A stretch of 64,000 bases of DNA from Octopus sinensis (GCF_006345805.1 NC_043012.1:16740001-16804000); one strand, 5' to 3'. Counted from the stretch's first letter, positions 36,324-49,325 are shown. Program-made: numbers and translations. The notes: generated from the sequence alone by a model not told the origin.

Positions 36324-36695
36324 GGATTTTTTCGGTTTGAACGGCAGTTTTTTAAAATAATTTCCACGTAACTAAACACTTTTAAACTTCATATACTGGT
36401 AGAATGTGTTTATAAAACATCTTTTTCTCTTGGCTTTATTGAGAAAATTCTATAGTTTGTTTTTTTTTTCTTCAATTTCTGCAATTTCAACCAATCAATG
36501 ACGTCTATTTTAGCTCAATTAGAGGCAATTGATTGGTTAAAATTCGAAAAATTAAACTACGTTAAACAAACGAATTATAATTTTCTCAAGAAAACCAAGA
36601 GAAAAAAATGTTTTATTTTGACACATTCTACCAGTATACGAAGTTTTAAAGTGTTTAGTTAATTAGAAATTGTGCCGTTCAAAAGGAAAAGATCC
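36324..36695. mobile_element. Foldback DNA-transposon derivative (~370 bp)
   Basis: GGATTTTTTCGGTTTGAACGGCA..ACTGGTAGAATGTGT..GAGAAAATT is inverted against AATTTTCTC..ACACATTCTACCAGT..TGCCGTTCAAAAGGAAAAGATCC; one-armed copy near 39196. Confidence 0.8.
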
Positions 36696-36714
36696 AGAAT
36701 TGCTATCGTTGTTG

Positions 36715-36945
36715 CTTGACGGCAGCGACATGGCAGAATAGTTAGCATGCCGGACAAAATGCTCAGCAGCGTCTTTTCCGGATTTACGTTCTAAGTTAAA
36801 ATTACAACAATTGACTTTGACTCTCGTCCTTTCGGGTTCAATAAAATAAGTACCTGCTGAGCACTGGGGGGGGGGGGTCGCTGAAATCGACTCATCCTCT
36901 CTCTCCGGAATTGCTGGCCTTGTGCCAAAATTTGAAATGTGTGCG
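36715..36945 (+). mobile_element. SINE family B
   Basis: GGCAGCGACATGGCAGAATAGTTAGC head and degenerate Meta-like core. Confidence 0.75.
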
Positions 36946-37299
36946 TAAACGAAAGCCGGGTATTGTAATCACTCTTATTTGTCTGTTTACCGACAAGTCC
37001 CGATACTTTAGGATTTTGTTCCGTTCAGCTACGGAAGCAGTGACCCTCCTATTTCCTCCCCGCAGCATTCAGGATGTGGGAGGGAGCAAAGGAGTCACAG
37101 ACTGTGACGTCCCTGATGAAGTAAGCACCTACCTCTTACCCAGGGACAAAGGGTAAGACCAGCTGGTCTCTTCCCATCACTTCTGGGTAGATCCTATCAG
37201 CTCCAGAAATGAAGAATGAAGATTGTTAAATGAAACGTTTTATTATTTACAATAAATTAATTTTTTCAACACACACGTTTTCTCTATCTCTCTCTTTTC

Positions 37300-37320
37300 C
37301 CAATCTCTCTCCCTTTTCTC

Positions 37321-37400
<80 letters not shown>
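37300..37400. repeat. (CT)n microsatellite
   Basis: Directly visible. Confidence 0.95.
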
Positions 37401-37403
<3 letters not shown>

Positions 37404-37926
37404 CGTATTCAAGCATACATCCACTTGTGTTTGTGCGCGCAGGCGTGTTTCTTGCGAAACGTTGATCTTGAGATGAACGTCGCCGATACTGAAAGTAAAG
37501 TAGGGTAAATAAAACGAGAAAAAAAAACAAAAAAAAAAAACAGAGAAAATAAAGCAAGAAAGAAACAAAAAAATGTATAAGTTGAAAAAGTCAAGTGCTT
37601 TTATGGTGTCAGTTCTTGAAAAGCTAGTTATTTTATCAACATTAATAGCATCGGAAATGAGCGAAGACAAAGTTACCAGTGTATCATCAGACACAGAATT
37701 AAGTGTCGTTAATGAAACTGAAGATAATAAAGCTTTGAATCTTGAAAACCGAAAACACACAACACAACTTTATACTAAGTATAATTTAACACCACCATAA
37801 AGCACTTTTATCAGTCCTCTGTGAATCATAATTTTTACGATGAGTTCGAAGTATTTTCAAAATAGTAAAGGATCAGTTATTTCCATTCACAGAAAATGAT
37901 CAATGAATGAAAAATGATTTTAAATG

Positions 37927-37972
<46 letters not shown>

Positions 37973-38054
37973 CTCCATCCATCCCTCCATCCATCCATCC
38001 ATCCATCATCTCCATCCATCTATCTATCTAATCATCCATCCATCTATCCATCTC

Positions 38055-38163
<109 letters not shown>

Positions 38164-38212
38164 CACCCAGACTCAGCAAGTAGAGAAGAAGGAGAAAAAA
38201 TGTATATATATA

Positions 38213-38259
<47 letters not shown>

Positions 38260-38309
38260 CATATGTATAAACATTTTTTCTCCTTCTCTACTTGCCGAGT
38301 CTGGGTGAA

Positions 38310-38945
38310 GAGGCGATGACTTCATCTTTGACCTTTGAAAAGCCGTTTGTGATCGGTGAGCTTGATATCGTTAAATGTTCTATTTAAATTGTTGTAGGAC
38401 AACATCTGCAGGAAAGCCATGAGCAGAGAAAAGATGCCAGTGGACCGATGTTCTGGGAGGTACGACTGGGCATATCGATTAGTGCAGGGCTAGGTGGGGG
38501 TGGATGTAAATAGGGTGACGAGAGGTGGAGATGGAGAGGCGAATGAGTTGGGATATATCAAGTGGTGGAGGTACGAGACTAGCCGTCTCCGAGGAATACT
38601 GACCGTTAAAATAACGACAAAGGAGACAGAGAAGGTGCCGCAGCACAGCAGTGGGCCAGAGACTGGAGTGGGTCTGTTAGTGATTGAAAGTTATGTGGTT
38701 CGTCTTTGTATACGGTCCAGAATGTTTGCGTGGAGCAGCAACATCATCCCTGTACTCCACTGAGGGAATGATCTGAGCTTTGTAAGGTGTCTGCAGCTGT
38801 CGGGGTCTGAAATACTTTCTGGCCCCAATAGAAAAGAGCCAGTCTTTGGGATACGGTTCTGGTTATGCTCAGGATGTGCTTTCGCCATGAGAGATCGTCG
38901 CTGATAGCGAGGCCCAGCATTTGGAGCATCTGTGAGGACCCTTGT
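38310..38945 (-). mobile_element. CR1/Jockey-group LINE 3' fragment
   Basis: Minus: LGLAISDDLSWRKHI..YKAQIIPSVEY..LDRIQRRTT..RYFNG, the post-RT motifs of this group. Confidence 0.75.
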
Positions 38946-38954
38946 TGAGTCCTA

Positions 38955-39195
38955 CTCTTTACTCTTTTACTTGTTTCAGTTATTTGACTGCGGCCATGCT
39001 GGAGCACCGCCTTTAGTCGAGCAAATCGACCCCAGGACTTATTCTTTGTAAGCCTAGTACTTATTCTATCGGTGTCTTTTGCCGAACCGCTAAGTTACGG
39101 GAACGCAAACACACCGCCATCGGTTGTCAAGCGATGTTGGTGGGGGGACAAACACAGACACCTAAACATATACACATACATACATACATATATAC
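38955..39195 (-). mobile_element. SINE family A, 3' half
   Basis: Matches the tail half of family A. Confidence 0.85.
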
Positions 39196-40376
39196 ATGGA
39201 TCTTTTCAGTTTGAAGGCCAGATTTTCTTAGTTAACTAAACAATTTGAAACTTCGTATACTGGTAGAATGTGTCAAAAGAAAACATAATTGTAACCCAAA
39301 ATGAAAACGGAATTGTAATTTCTAAGTTTAACGTTGTTTAATAATTCGAATTTTAACCAATGGTATTCTTTCTTTCGACCTCATATTATTTACTGCCTCT
39401 CAAAATATTGTTACTGTGACGTAAACAGCTATTTTGTGACGTAGTTAACGTAAACATGTAAACAGACCTAGAGATTCGTTTGTAACGTAAACATCCGCTC
39501 ATCGTAAATAGCTAAATTCGCTTGGCATCGTACACAGCTTTTTCCGTTCCCTAGAATTATATTTCAAAGAAAATATAAAGAAAAAGATTCATACGCATAA
39601 ATATCCATCCTTAGACATCAGAAAATGAGTGTTTAAATTATTTTCCATTGTTTGCATTGCTTACACGCACACACATACATACATACATACACACATACTA
39701 AAATTACATCGTTGGAGCAGTAATTTATTTATGTATTTTTTGTTATACAATTTATTTTAAAACTGAATCCCTATCCTGCCATTAACCCCTTTCTTATAAA
39801 ATAGTTGAAGAATCTGGGGTGTAGGTATTGGGCCAGTATTGGAACTTTAACTTCTTGCTCTCTATCTTATGATCTCCGAAATTTAAGAATCTTGTGTTAA
39901 CTCGGCTCTTATTATTTACTCTGACTCTGCCACCACCTCAATGCAAAGACTCAATATCAGAATCATCTTCACAACCACCACTACAACCATTACTACAACC
40001 TCGAATGCCACCACCACAACCATCTTCTGCAACACAACCCCAAGATCAATACCAGCATCATATTCAAAATCACCAATTTCACCACCACTACACTCTGCAA
40101 TGTCTTCAACTCTACCATCCATGAGACATCCTAACATAATCAATGCTACTACTACTATCATCATCATTATCATCATCATCCACTGCCGCCACCACCACCA
40201 CCACCTCTACAAAAAACACCAACACTATAATTTCTGCCATCATACACATCCACTGTCACCACTACACCACCACTGCCATGATAACCACATCTACCACTCC
40301 AACACCATTGCCACCACTATCTATGAGACATCCTAAGTTAGAAACTACTTTCACTTTCTAGTTGCTCTTTGAGTTA

Positions 40377-40772
40377 TCCTTATATATAAAAGAGAGGTTG
40401 TGTGTCTGGCTCCTACGATTTAGATTCCTAACTACTCCCACATTTTGCGGTGCAGTTTAACCCAAACCGGGTATCTTATAGTCGTGATTCATATCGAGCC
40501 CTTCTGGGTATTAGCGCGCGTCTACGATGAGTCTACGATTAAAAAAAAAAATTACCATCATTTTTTTCCATTTTTAATGCATTTTTTCGATATTATATAA
40601 GGGAAGTAACTCTCTAAAAATGTCTACGATGAGTCAACGATTAAAAAAAAATTTACCATCATTTTTTTCCATTTTTAATGCATTTTTTTTTGCTATTTTT
40701 TGGCTATAACTCTAAAAATGCTTATATAGTTATTTCCCTTACAAACCGAGCAACGCCGGGCGATACTGCTAG
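40377..40772 (+). mobile_element. Non-autonomous Helitron
   Basis: A|TC start, hairpin CCGAGCAACGCCGG, CTAG|T end. Confidence 0.88.
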
Positions 40773-41274
40773 TTATATCTAATCTATCTCTCTAAAAGAT
40801 GCAAAGCAAGTAGCATTGAATGGTGAATGGATGTGAGCAGAAAGAGAGTAAGTTCCATTCCAGTTTACAACAAGTATAGAATTATTCTCAAACCATAAAT
40901 GAAGGGTGGAGAGGAGTGAAGGAGGAGTCATGTTTCCTCTGAGGGGTTACAGAAGTAATAAGCACTGAAAAGTGGAGTTTGCGTTATTATTTTTGTTTCA
41001 TAGTTTACAATTATTTCTACAAATTCATTTTGACTTATCTTCAATCATGTTTATAAACGCGACCGCTGTGCCGTCCACTATAAACATCGATTAATGTCCT
41101 ATATTTAAGCGATAGACAAACACTTCAGCATATTATTTTTTGTAGAGAGTTGCGAGGGATCATTTCTATGAACGGGGTATCTGTACAACGGATATGACTA
41201 CATCATTAATTGTGGAGTCGTTTAAAAACACGATGCAAGATTAAGTCAACATGGAATTTTTGAAACAATCATAA

Positions 41275-41410
41275 ATTGTTCTATATTTTAGAGATGAGGA
41301 ATTCTGTAAATATTTACATTGGACGGATATTTGTCCTCATCTTGTTTGTTGCTACCACAAAATTTCGGCTTCATCAGGTGTCCTGGTAGAATTTTGAATC
41401 CAACCTAGGT
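41275..41410 (-). mobile_element. Family 1 HHR module with collapsed stem II
   Basis: Minus: GGACACCTGATGAAGCCGAAATTTTGTGG..GATGAGGACAAATATCCG..AATTCCTCATCTC; matches 7920-8085. Confidence 0.75.
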
Positions 41411-42527
41411 TCTAAGGTGCCACGCAGTGTGAATGAACCCGAAACTAGGTGGCTGGTATGGCCGGTCAGGGAGTCACCTTTGCTTTCGCGCCTTTTACGT
41501 TCTTAGCCGTGGGAGACGTATCTTGCTATGATAATAAAAGGTGTGAAACCAATGTGAAATATCCTAACTGGGTCGTAGTAAACCACAACTACATTAGATA
41601 TTACTACGATATATCTAAAAAAAACATTTACTTGTCTTCAGTCATTCGACATATTCTATCTAATTTCGTCGAACTTCTAAGTTGGGCGGGATGGAAAGGA
41701 AGTCAACAAGCGGTTGTCTGGGACAAGCACGAAGCTAGCCCCCCCTCGGCCCACAAACACGTATATACGACGGGCTTTTTTCAGTTTCCATCGTCCAAAT
41801 CTATTTGACCTAGTGACCAGGCAGCAAACTTCTTGTCACACAGTCACTCCTACGCCTATATATATATATATACACGTCCCCGTAGCTTAGCGTTTTGGAA
41901 AAAGAAACCGATAGAATAAGTGCTAGGGTTCCAAAGAGTAAGTCCTGGGGTCGATTTCTACAACTAAAAAACCTTCAAACTCTGCTTGTTGTTCTTTCAC
42001 CTGTCTTCGTCGTTTGTTTTCTGTAAATTTGAACTACACACACACACGCGCGCCGCGCGCGCCACACAACACACTCACACACACACACGCACACAGCACA
42101 CGCATACCACCCCCACACACATATATATATAGGTAAAAGATTAATGAGTGCGTGCGTTACATAAATAATATCTTCAGGATTAAATAAAAAGACAACAAAC
42201 GGAAAATATGACATATCTATATATATATAATTAAAAATAAACGTATTGTAAATAAAACAAACGAACACATACTAAATGCACAGGCGAACAGGAAACACAC
42301 AAGGTCACAATTCTTCATCAGTTATCAGCAAGAGGAGTCAAACGCAATTTCGGGCATTATCGATACTATTGTTTCTTTCGCTGTTCGCAAAAAAGTTCGT
42401 ATTCCATATTTTCGTATTTCGTATTTCCTGTTGTTTACCTTCTGTGACGTCCTGACCCATATATGCATATGTATATACATATATATGTAAGTAGTATACA
42501 TACACACAAACATACATACATACATAC

Positions 42528-42627
<100 letters not shown>

Positions 42628-42848
42628 TATCTATAAACATTACAATTGTTTCGACACATTTTTACACTTGTTCATTGGTGAGATGTTGTGTAATCATTAT
42701 CACCAATTCAAGGTGTGAAATGCACCTTCTTTGAGTAAGACTTTATAGGAGCTTTATATAGCATACCACAAGGGTTTTACCCGTATATTTACTCGCGTAT
42801 GTGTGTATATGTATAAAAGCGGAGCAAGAGTACACACGAAGACAGAAA

Positions 42849-42893
42849 GTGTCGCTGAAGAGTTCACAGAGGTGTGACGAAAGATTTCCGGAC
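42849..42893 (+). ncRNA. Hammerhead ribozyme (family 2 relative)
   Basis: GUCG-CUGAAGA-G-UUCACA(gagg)UGUGAC-GAAA-GAU-UUC-CGGAC; same stem II architecture as 33419, followed by a similar pLTR-like 3' flank. Confidence 0.65.
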
Positions 42894-43158
42894 GATAAAC
42901 ATAAATTAGAATAAGAACAGTAAAAATTGAGTGAAAAGGGAATTATATAGTGCGCCTGTTTATTTGGCAAAAAGAGGGGGAAAATAACTATCTCGAAATA
43001 CAACAATATCTGTTTCAACGCACGGTTTCACATCAAGAATCTTGCAGCACATATATAAAAGGATATATTTACAGAAAACAACAAAAGACGAAGACAGGTG
43101 CAGGAATAACAAGCAGGGCATTAGTTTGACTGAATATATATAGAGAATACCAAACGAG

Positions 43159-43233
43159 TTCCCTATGGATACCGTATTTATTACAACGAGTGGCTTGTAA
43201 ACGAGTTGTAATAAATACGGTATCCATAGGGAA
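43159..43233. repeat. Perfect 29-bp inverted repeat with a 17-nt loop
   Basis: TTCCCTATGGATACCGTATTTATTACAAC / GTTGTAATAAATACGGTATCCATAGGGAA. Confidence 0.95.
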
Positions 43234-44238
43234 TGAGTTGTGTATTTTATTTATTACACACGAATAAAGACCATATTTTATTAACCCAATAACTAAATTC
43301 TTCACGTTTAGTTGTAACTTATGAATGACAAAAGTAGTGCCGTCACCGTGACGTCGGGTCATCACCATGGATTGACCAATCAGAAGCAGCGCTGTCACCG
43401 TGACCTCGGGTCATCACCATAGATTGACCAATTAGAAGCAGCGCTCGCAGTATCTGACATATGTTAGATACCAAAAATATCTCAAAGTGTTCTCACTCAC
43501 ATGTGTGTAATAAATATATATATATATATTAGTGTAGGAAGAAACGAAGAGATTTAACAAAATTCCTTTTTATTATTTTCTACATATGTTCAAAGGCTGC
43601 AAAGTCCCTAATTCGGATTGAATAAGGAGTCCATTTTGCAGCCTCTCTTCAGGAAAATCCAGGAACTTAATTCTCCAACAAAATGCACAGCAAGCTTTTC
43701 ACAAACGCTCACGAGGAGCCATGGAATAAATGGCACAAACTGTCTATCTATATGCGTTGACGCCAGGCTGGGTGAAAGCAGACGAGAATGTCCGTAAGAT
43801 AGTTCAAGGTCAGAATCCGGTTAGGAGAAGGGGGGGGGGGTACAGGAAAATCAAAGAGTGTGAATGTATTCTGTTGGACTGGTGTTTATATTGAATTTTT
43901 AAGAATGAGTGCTAGAGTGTTTGAGTGTGAAAAATGCCTTCATGTATGTGTGTGTGCGTCTATGTATGTGTGGCAGTGTGTTTCGAAGGCAGCAAGAGAG
44001 AGATATATAGCAGGTATTAATGGTCAAGCAACAGAAAAGAAGTATTATATATATATATATATATAAATTAGAAAAAAAAACCTTTTATCAATTCATGATA
44101 TATACGATTTTTTATTATTTTGCACATTACTTAATCATCGGTATATTATTATTTTATATTTAATATTTCTATTATATGTAATTTTCTAGATGGTGTAATT
44201 TAATTGTTCATTTTGAATTGATGAAAGGTGGTTTTTTC

Positions 44239-44269
<31 letters not shown>

Positions 44270-44341
44270 TTCGTGAAATTTGAATTAGTATTTCTAAATT
44301 GAATTTTTCCCTGTAAGTTATGTATAATATTCCCTCAAATT

Positions 44342-44424
<83 letters not shown>

Positions 44425-44425
44425 G

Positions 44426-44462
<37 letters not shown>

Positions 44463-44603
44463 TGTATATATATATATGTATATATATATATTATATATAT
44501 ATATAATATATATATAACACACTGTATATATATATATGTGTATATATATATTATATATATATATATATGTGTGTGTGTGTTATGTGTGTATATATATATA
44601 TAA

Positions 44604-45000
44604 TCTTTATATATAAAAGTGAAGTTGTGTGTCTGTCTCCTACGATTTAGATTCCTAACTACTCCCTCATTTTGCGGTGCAGTGTAACCAAAAGCGGGTA
44701 TCTTATATTCGTTATTCATATCAAGCCCTTCTGGGTATTAGCGCACGTCTACGATGAGTTTACGATTTAAAAAAAAAATTACCATAATTTTTTCCGCATT
44801 TTTAATGCATTTTCGCTAGGTTTATATAAGGAAGTAACTCTCTAAAAATGTATTATTAAATCTCAGAATGTAAAAAGCTACAGTAACACTTCCCCTTTGT
44901 GGTTAGCCATATTGAGATGGCTATTATACTTTACATCTCTAAAAATGCTTATATAGTTATTTCCCTTACAAACCCGAGCAACGCCGGGCGACACTGCTAG
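44604..45000 (+). mobile_element. Non-autonomous Helitron
   Basis: A|TC start, hairpin CCCGAGCAACGCCGGG, CTAG|T end. Confidence 0.88.
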
Positions 45001-45019
45001 TCGTATATATATATATAGA

Positions 45020-45062
<43 letters not shown>

Positions 45063-45581
45063 TATTACTCTTTTATTCTTTTATTGTTACAGTCATTTGA
45101 CTTTGGCCATGCTGGAGCACTGCCTTTAGTCGAGCAAATCGACTCTAGGGATTATTCTTTGTAAGCCTAGTTCTTATTCTATCGGTCTGTTTTTGCCACA
45201 CACACACACATACATATATACACACACACATACATATACACACATACGCACACACACTCACACACGTATACACACATACATCTTGTTGATTCTTGGGAGC
45301 GTCATTATGCCAATAACGATATGGTTACACATCTGACCAACTTCGTAATCGATCGTTTGTTTGGTTAAACAATCAAAGTTTTATTTCTTCGTGAAAGTCC
45401 GTTCGTCGCTATTTTTCGCGACCTTTTCAATAGCTTGTCCTTTCTCTTCAACGTCTGCCCTGAAATTTGGCCGCGAATTAATTATGTCTGCGTGCATGCA
45501 TGCCTTTCTATGTGTGGTAGAGGTTGTTTGCTTAGAAGAATAAGGGTGAGAGGAAAGGAGATTATGTGCGTGCGTGCGAGT

Positions 45582-45612
<31 letters not shown>

Positions 45613-45757
45613 CGTGCGTATGTGTGTGGTTGTGTGTACACTCGCGTGACTACTTGCATGTGTATGTGTACGTGTGTGTTAGTGTGTGTAGCCATCCATG
45701 ACTAGGTATGTGTATGTATAACTGTGTCTATATACGCACATAGATTTATATGCAAGA

Positions 45758-45982
45758 GGCGGCGAGCTGGCAGAAGCGTTAGCACGCCGGGCGAAATGCT
45801 TAGCAGTATTTCGTCTACGTTCTGAGTTCAAATTCCGCCGAGGTCGACTTTGCCTTTCATCCTCTCGGGGTCGATAAATAAAGTACCAGTTTCGCACTGG
45901 GTCGATGTAATCGACTTAATCCGTTTGTCTGTCCTTGTTTGTCCCCTCTATGTTTAGCCCCTTGTGGGTAGCAAAAGAAATA
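45758..45982 (+). mobile_element. SINE family B, well preserved
   Basis: GGCGGCGAGCTGGCAGAAGCGTTAGC..GAGTTCAAATTCC..GTCGACTTTGCCTTTCATCCTCTCGGGGTCGATAAATAAAGTACC. Confidence 0.85.
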
Positions 45983-46242
45983 TATATCATGTATATATGT
46001 GAATAGAAGCAGGCGTGACTATGTTGTAAGCTGTTCCGGGTTCAGTCCAGCTGCGTGGCACTTTGAGCGGGTGTTTCTACTATAGCCCTGGGTCGACTAA
46101 ACCCTTGTGAGTAGATTTGGTTGACGGAATCTGAAAAAGCTTGTCATATATGTGTTTATCAATATTTAGCAGAAGCAACAGAGTGACTCGGGGGGCGAGA
46201 GTTTCGTTCATTGACACTTGTCAAACTACACACAGACACACA

Positions 46243-46307
<65 letters not shown>

Positions 46308-46694
46308 ACACACACACATACATATGCATGAGTGGCTGTGTGGTAAGTAGCCTGCTTACCAACTACATGGTTCTGGGTTCAGCCCCATTACGCGACGCCT
46401 TGGTCTTCTACTAGAGCCTCAGGCCAAACAAAGCCTTGTGAGTGAATTTGGTAGACGGAAACTGTGTGTGTGTTGTGTTTGTGCCCCCGATGGTGGCAAG
46501 TATATACATAATATATTGTTCTTTCTTGCGAAATATATAGAATTACTTTAAAGAAGTGTTCGGGTCGAAACAAGTAAAAGAATAAAAGAAAGAAAAGAAA
46601 GAATATATATATATTATATATATATGTACATTTTTACTTTTATATACATATTTATATTTATTGCATATCTTTTACTTTTTTATATTTATATAAA

Positions 46695-47050
46695 CTAGCA
46701 GAGATACCCGGCGTTACCCGATTACATTCAATTGGAGAATTAGACTTTCTGTTATATCTTCTGTGATGAACTGGAATATCTATGTTTCGAATTTCATCAA
46801 AATTGCAGATGAGGGTTATTTCAATCTTTACACACCCTAAAAAATTGTAATCGTGCCACATGTATCCCATAATCCTGATTTTTATGCGCATATTCCAAAA
46901 TTCCAGTCTTATTTAACTTGTTAAAAAGATTTTGTTCCTGAAAAATGAAGGTCATGGAGCTCTAAAATGTGAGAGTTAAGGCCCCTGTGGGGGTGGGCAT
47001 CTTAATGTCAACAGAGAAGTTGAATTGTTGAAAATCTTTTTAACTTGGGT
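46695..47050 (-). mobile_element. 3' portion of a different Helitron-like family
   Basis: Plus strand ACTAGCAGAGATACCCGGCGTTACCCG is a reverse-oriented hairpin + CTAG; body contains AATTTCATCAAAATTG; no clear 5' end. Confidence 0.5.
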
Positions 47051-47149
47051 CTTATATCTATTGTTTGAATTTCTTTGAAATAGGAAATATATGTTCACTG
47101 GGTTTGTAAAAGAGAGCAAAGCTACAGGAAACCAAAAGACGAATGATCA

Positions 47150-49325
47150 CAATAAGCAGTCAGTTACCCTACCCTAGTCGTTACCACTCCTAATGTAGGA
47201 TTCCTCGCCATTTGATGCGATGGATTTTCCGGAGACAGCGCAGGTGAAAGATATTTAGGCGACGTATGGCGTCGTATGGCGTGTGTATGGCGTCAAAGTC
47301 ATACAGTAGAGTGCTAAGTACACATGCCTGGTAAATCTTCATTTTTGTGGTCTTGGTCAGCTTATTGTTGTCCCATGCGCGTTTGGTGAGTTGGGCCATC
47401 ACAGCAGCCTTGCCAATGCGTATATTGAGCTCAGCATCAAGGGATAGTTTGTAGGTGACGGTAGAGCCAAGATAGGTAAACTTCTCCACCTCCTATACTC
47501 TGTGGTCTCCAATATGTATGTTGGGATGTCCGATGTAGCCTGACCCATGATGTTGGTCTTCTTGAGGCTGATAACTAAGCCAAAGTTGCCAAATGCTTGC
47601 TCAAAACAGTTGCTGTGCCTTCGTAGGGCTTCTTCTGTGTGTGATACCAGAGCGGCATCATCAGCAAATAGCATCTCCTTGATCAGGATGCTTCTGAAAT
47701 TTTGGTCTTGGCACGCAGACGCGAGAGATTGAACAGTTCCCCATCACTTCTACTGTGCAGAAAACTCCATCATCTGATGTCTCAAAGGCATGTGACAGCA
47801 GCAGCGAGAAGAAGATGCCAAATAATGTAGGAGCAAGGACACAACCTTGCTCTACCCCATTTTTTATTTGGAAGGCGGCTGATGTTGAACCATTGTGCTG
47901 TATGGTGCCTTGCATATTAGCATGGAATGATTTGATGATCCTCAGCAGCTTTGGTGGACATTCGATTTTTTGGAGCAGGATGAAGAGGCCTTTTCTACTT
48001 ACCAAGTCAAAGCCCTTTGTCAGATCAATGAAGGCCATATATAATGGCATGTTCTGCTCTCTGGACTTCTGAAGTTGGCGTATGGAGAATATCATGTCAA
48101 TAGTTGATCTGTTTCTAAAGCCACACTGCGATTCTGGATAAATTCGAGAAGCAATTAGTTGCAGCCTGGACAGGATAATGCAAGCAGAGGCCTTTCCAAC
48201 TGTGCTTAGAAGAGATATTCCACGGTAATTGTTACAATCATCACGGTCACTTTTATTTTTGTAAAGCGTAATGATGTTAGCATCCCGCATATTCTGAGGG
48301 ACTGTACCCTCTTATCTGCACTGACACAGAAGCTCATGAATGTGCCGAAGCAGGATGGTGTTTTTGCCGGTTTTGATGATCTCTAAGGGGATGCCGTCTT
48401 TTCCCGGAGCCTTGTTACTTGCTAGGGAGTCAATAGATTTGGTGAGCTCTGCTATAGATGGCAGACTGTCAAGTTCACACATGACTGGCAAGATCTTGAC
48501 ACCCTCGATTGCAGCCTCAGCTACCGTGGTCTCTCGTGAGTAGAGATCCTGGTAGTACTCCATCCATCTATCCATTTGCTTGCTTTGGTCCCTGATGAGA
48601 TCTCCAGTAGTTGATTTCAGAGGGCCTTCTTCAAACCGGCATACATCCCACGGGTGTCGCCACTGTCAGCAGCTGACTGGATACTCTGACAGATTTCCTT
48701 TCAATACCCATTTGCATAGCGTCTGGCAGTCAGTTGGGTTTTATTTCTTGCCTTTCTGAGTTCTTCGTGTGACTTTGTAGAAGAACCACTCTTGTATTGC
48801 ATCAGAGCTGTACGCTTTGCTTCGATAACTGGTTCCAGCTCTGAGAGCCCAGCACTGAACAAAATCTGGGTTTTACCTTTCTCTCATTCCGAAAGTATCT
48901 ATTGATGTGGTATACAAAGCTTCCCTGATATAATTCCACCTACTTTCAGCAGAGGAGGTTGGGCAGCTACTGAGGGCAACCTTGATAAAAACAGCAAAAC
49001 ATTGTCGCAGTGTAGGGTTCGAGGTTCTGGCAGTGTTAATGCGTGGTTGGCTAATTTTCTTGGAGTGATGGACTTTTTAGGCAGAATCCTCACCATTCTT
49101 ATTAGTGAATGATCTGTCTCACAATCCGCGCTACGAGTCAGTTGAACAGAATTCAGAAAGGATCTTCGTGTAATGATGAGATCCAACTGATGCCAGTGGT
49201 GAGATCTTGGATGTCTCCAAGATGCCTTGTGGGATGTCTTGTTGGGAAAGAATGTGTTGGTGATGCACAGGTTATGGTATGTGCAAAATTCAAGTAGTCT
49301 CTGGCTATTGTCATTCATGTTGCCA
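47150..49325 (-). mobile_element. RTE LINE ORF2 remnant (endonuclease C-terminal part + RT)
   Basis: ITNTFFPNK..WHQLDLII; KAPGKDGIP; YRGISLLS..ESQCGFR..FIDLTKGFD..QGCVLAP; MLFADDAAL; FTYLGS; truncated at a (TA)n. Confidence 0.92.

Noticed and set aside
37113-37150. CUGAUGA followed by a GUAAG/CUUAC stem
   Set aside because: No GAAA after the stem, so it is not a hammerhead.
39894-40361. Thr/His-rich mucin-like ORFs
   Set aside because: Degenerate (ACC)/(CAT) low-complexity DNA open in several frames, with no splice or start context.
41449-41808. 119-aa plus-strand ORF
   Set aside because: Much of it is the antisense of a degenerate family A SINE tail, flanked by scrambled SINE pieces.
42300-42365. 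Minus-strand GAAA..CUGAUGA pair
   Set aside because: No closing stem II can be formed in either permutation; at most a broken remnant.
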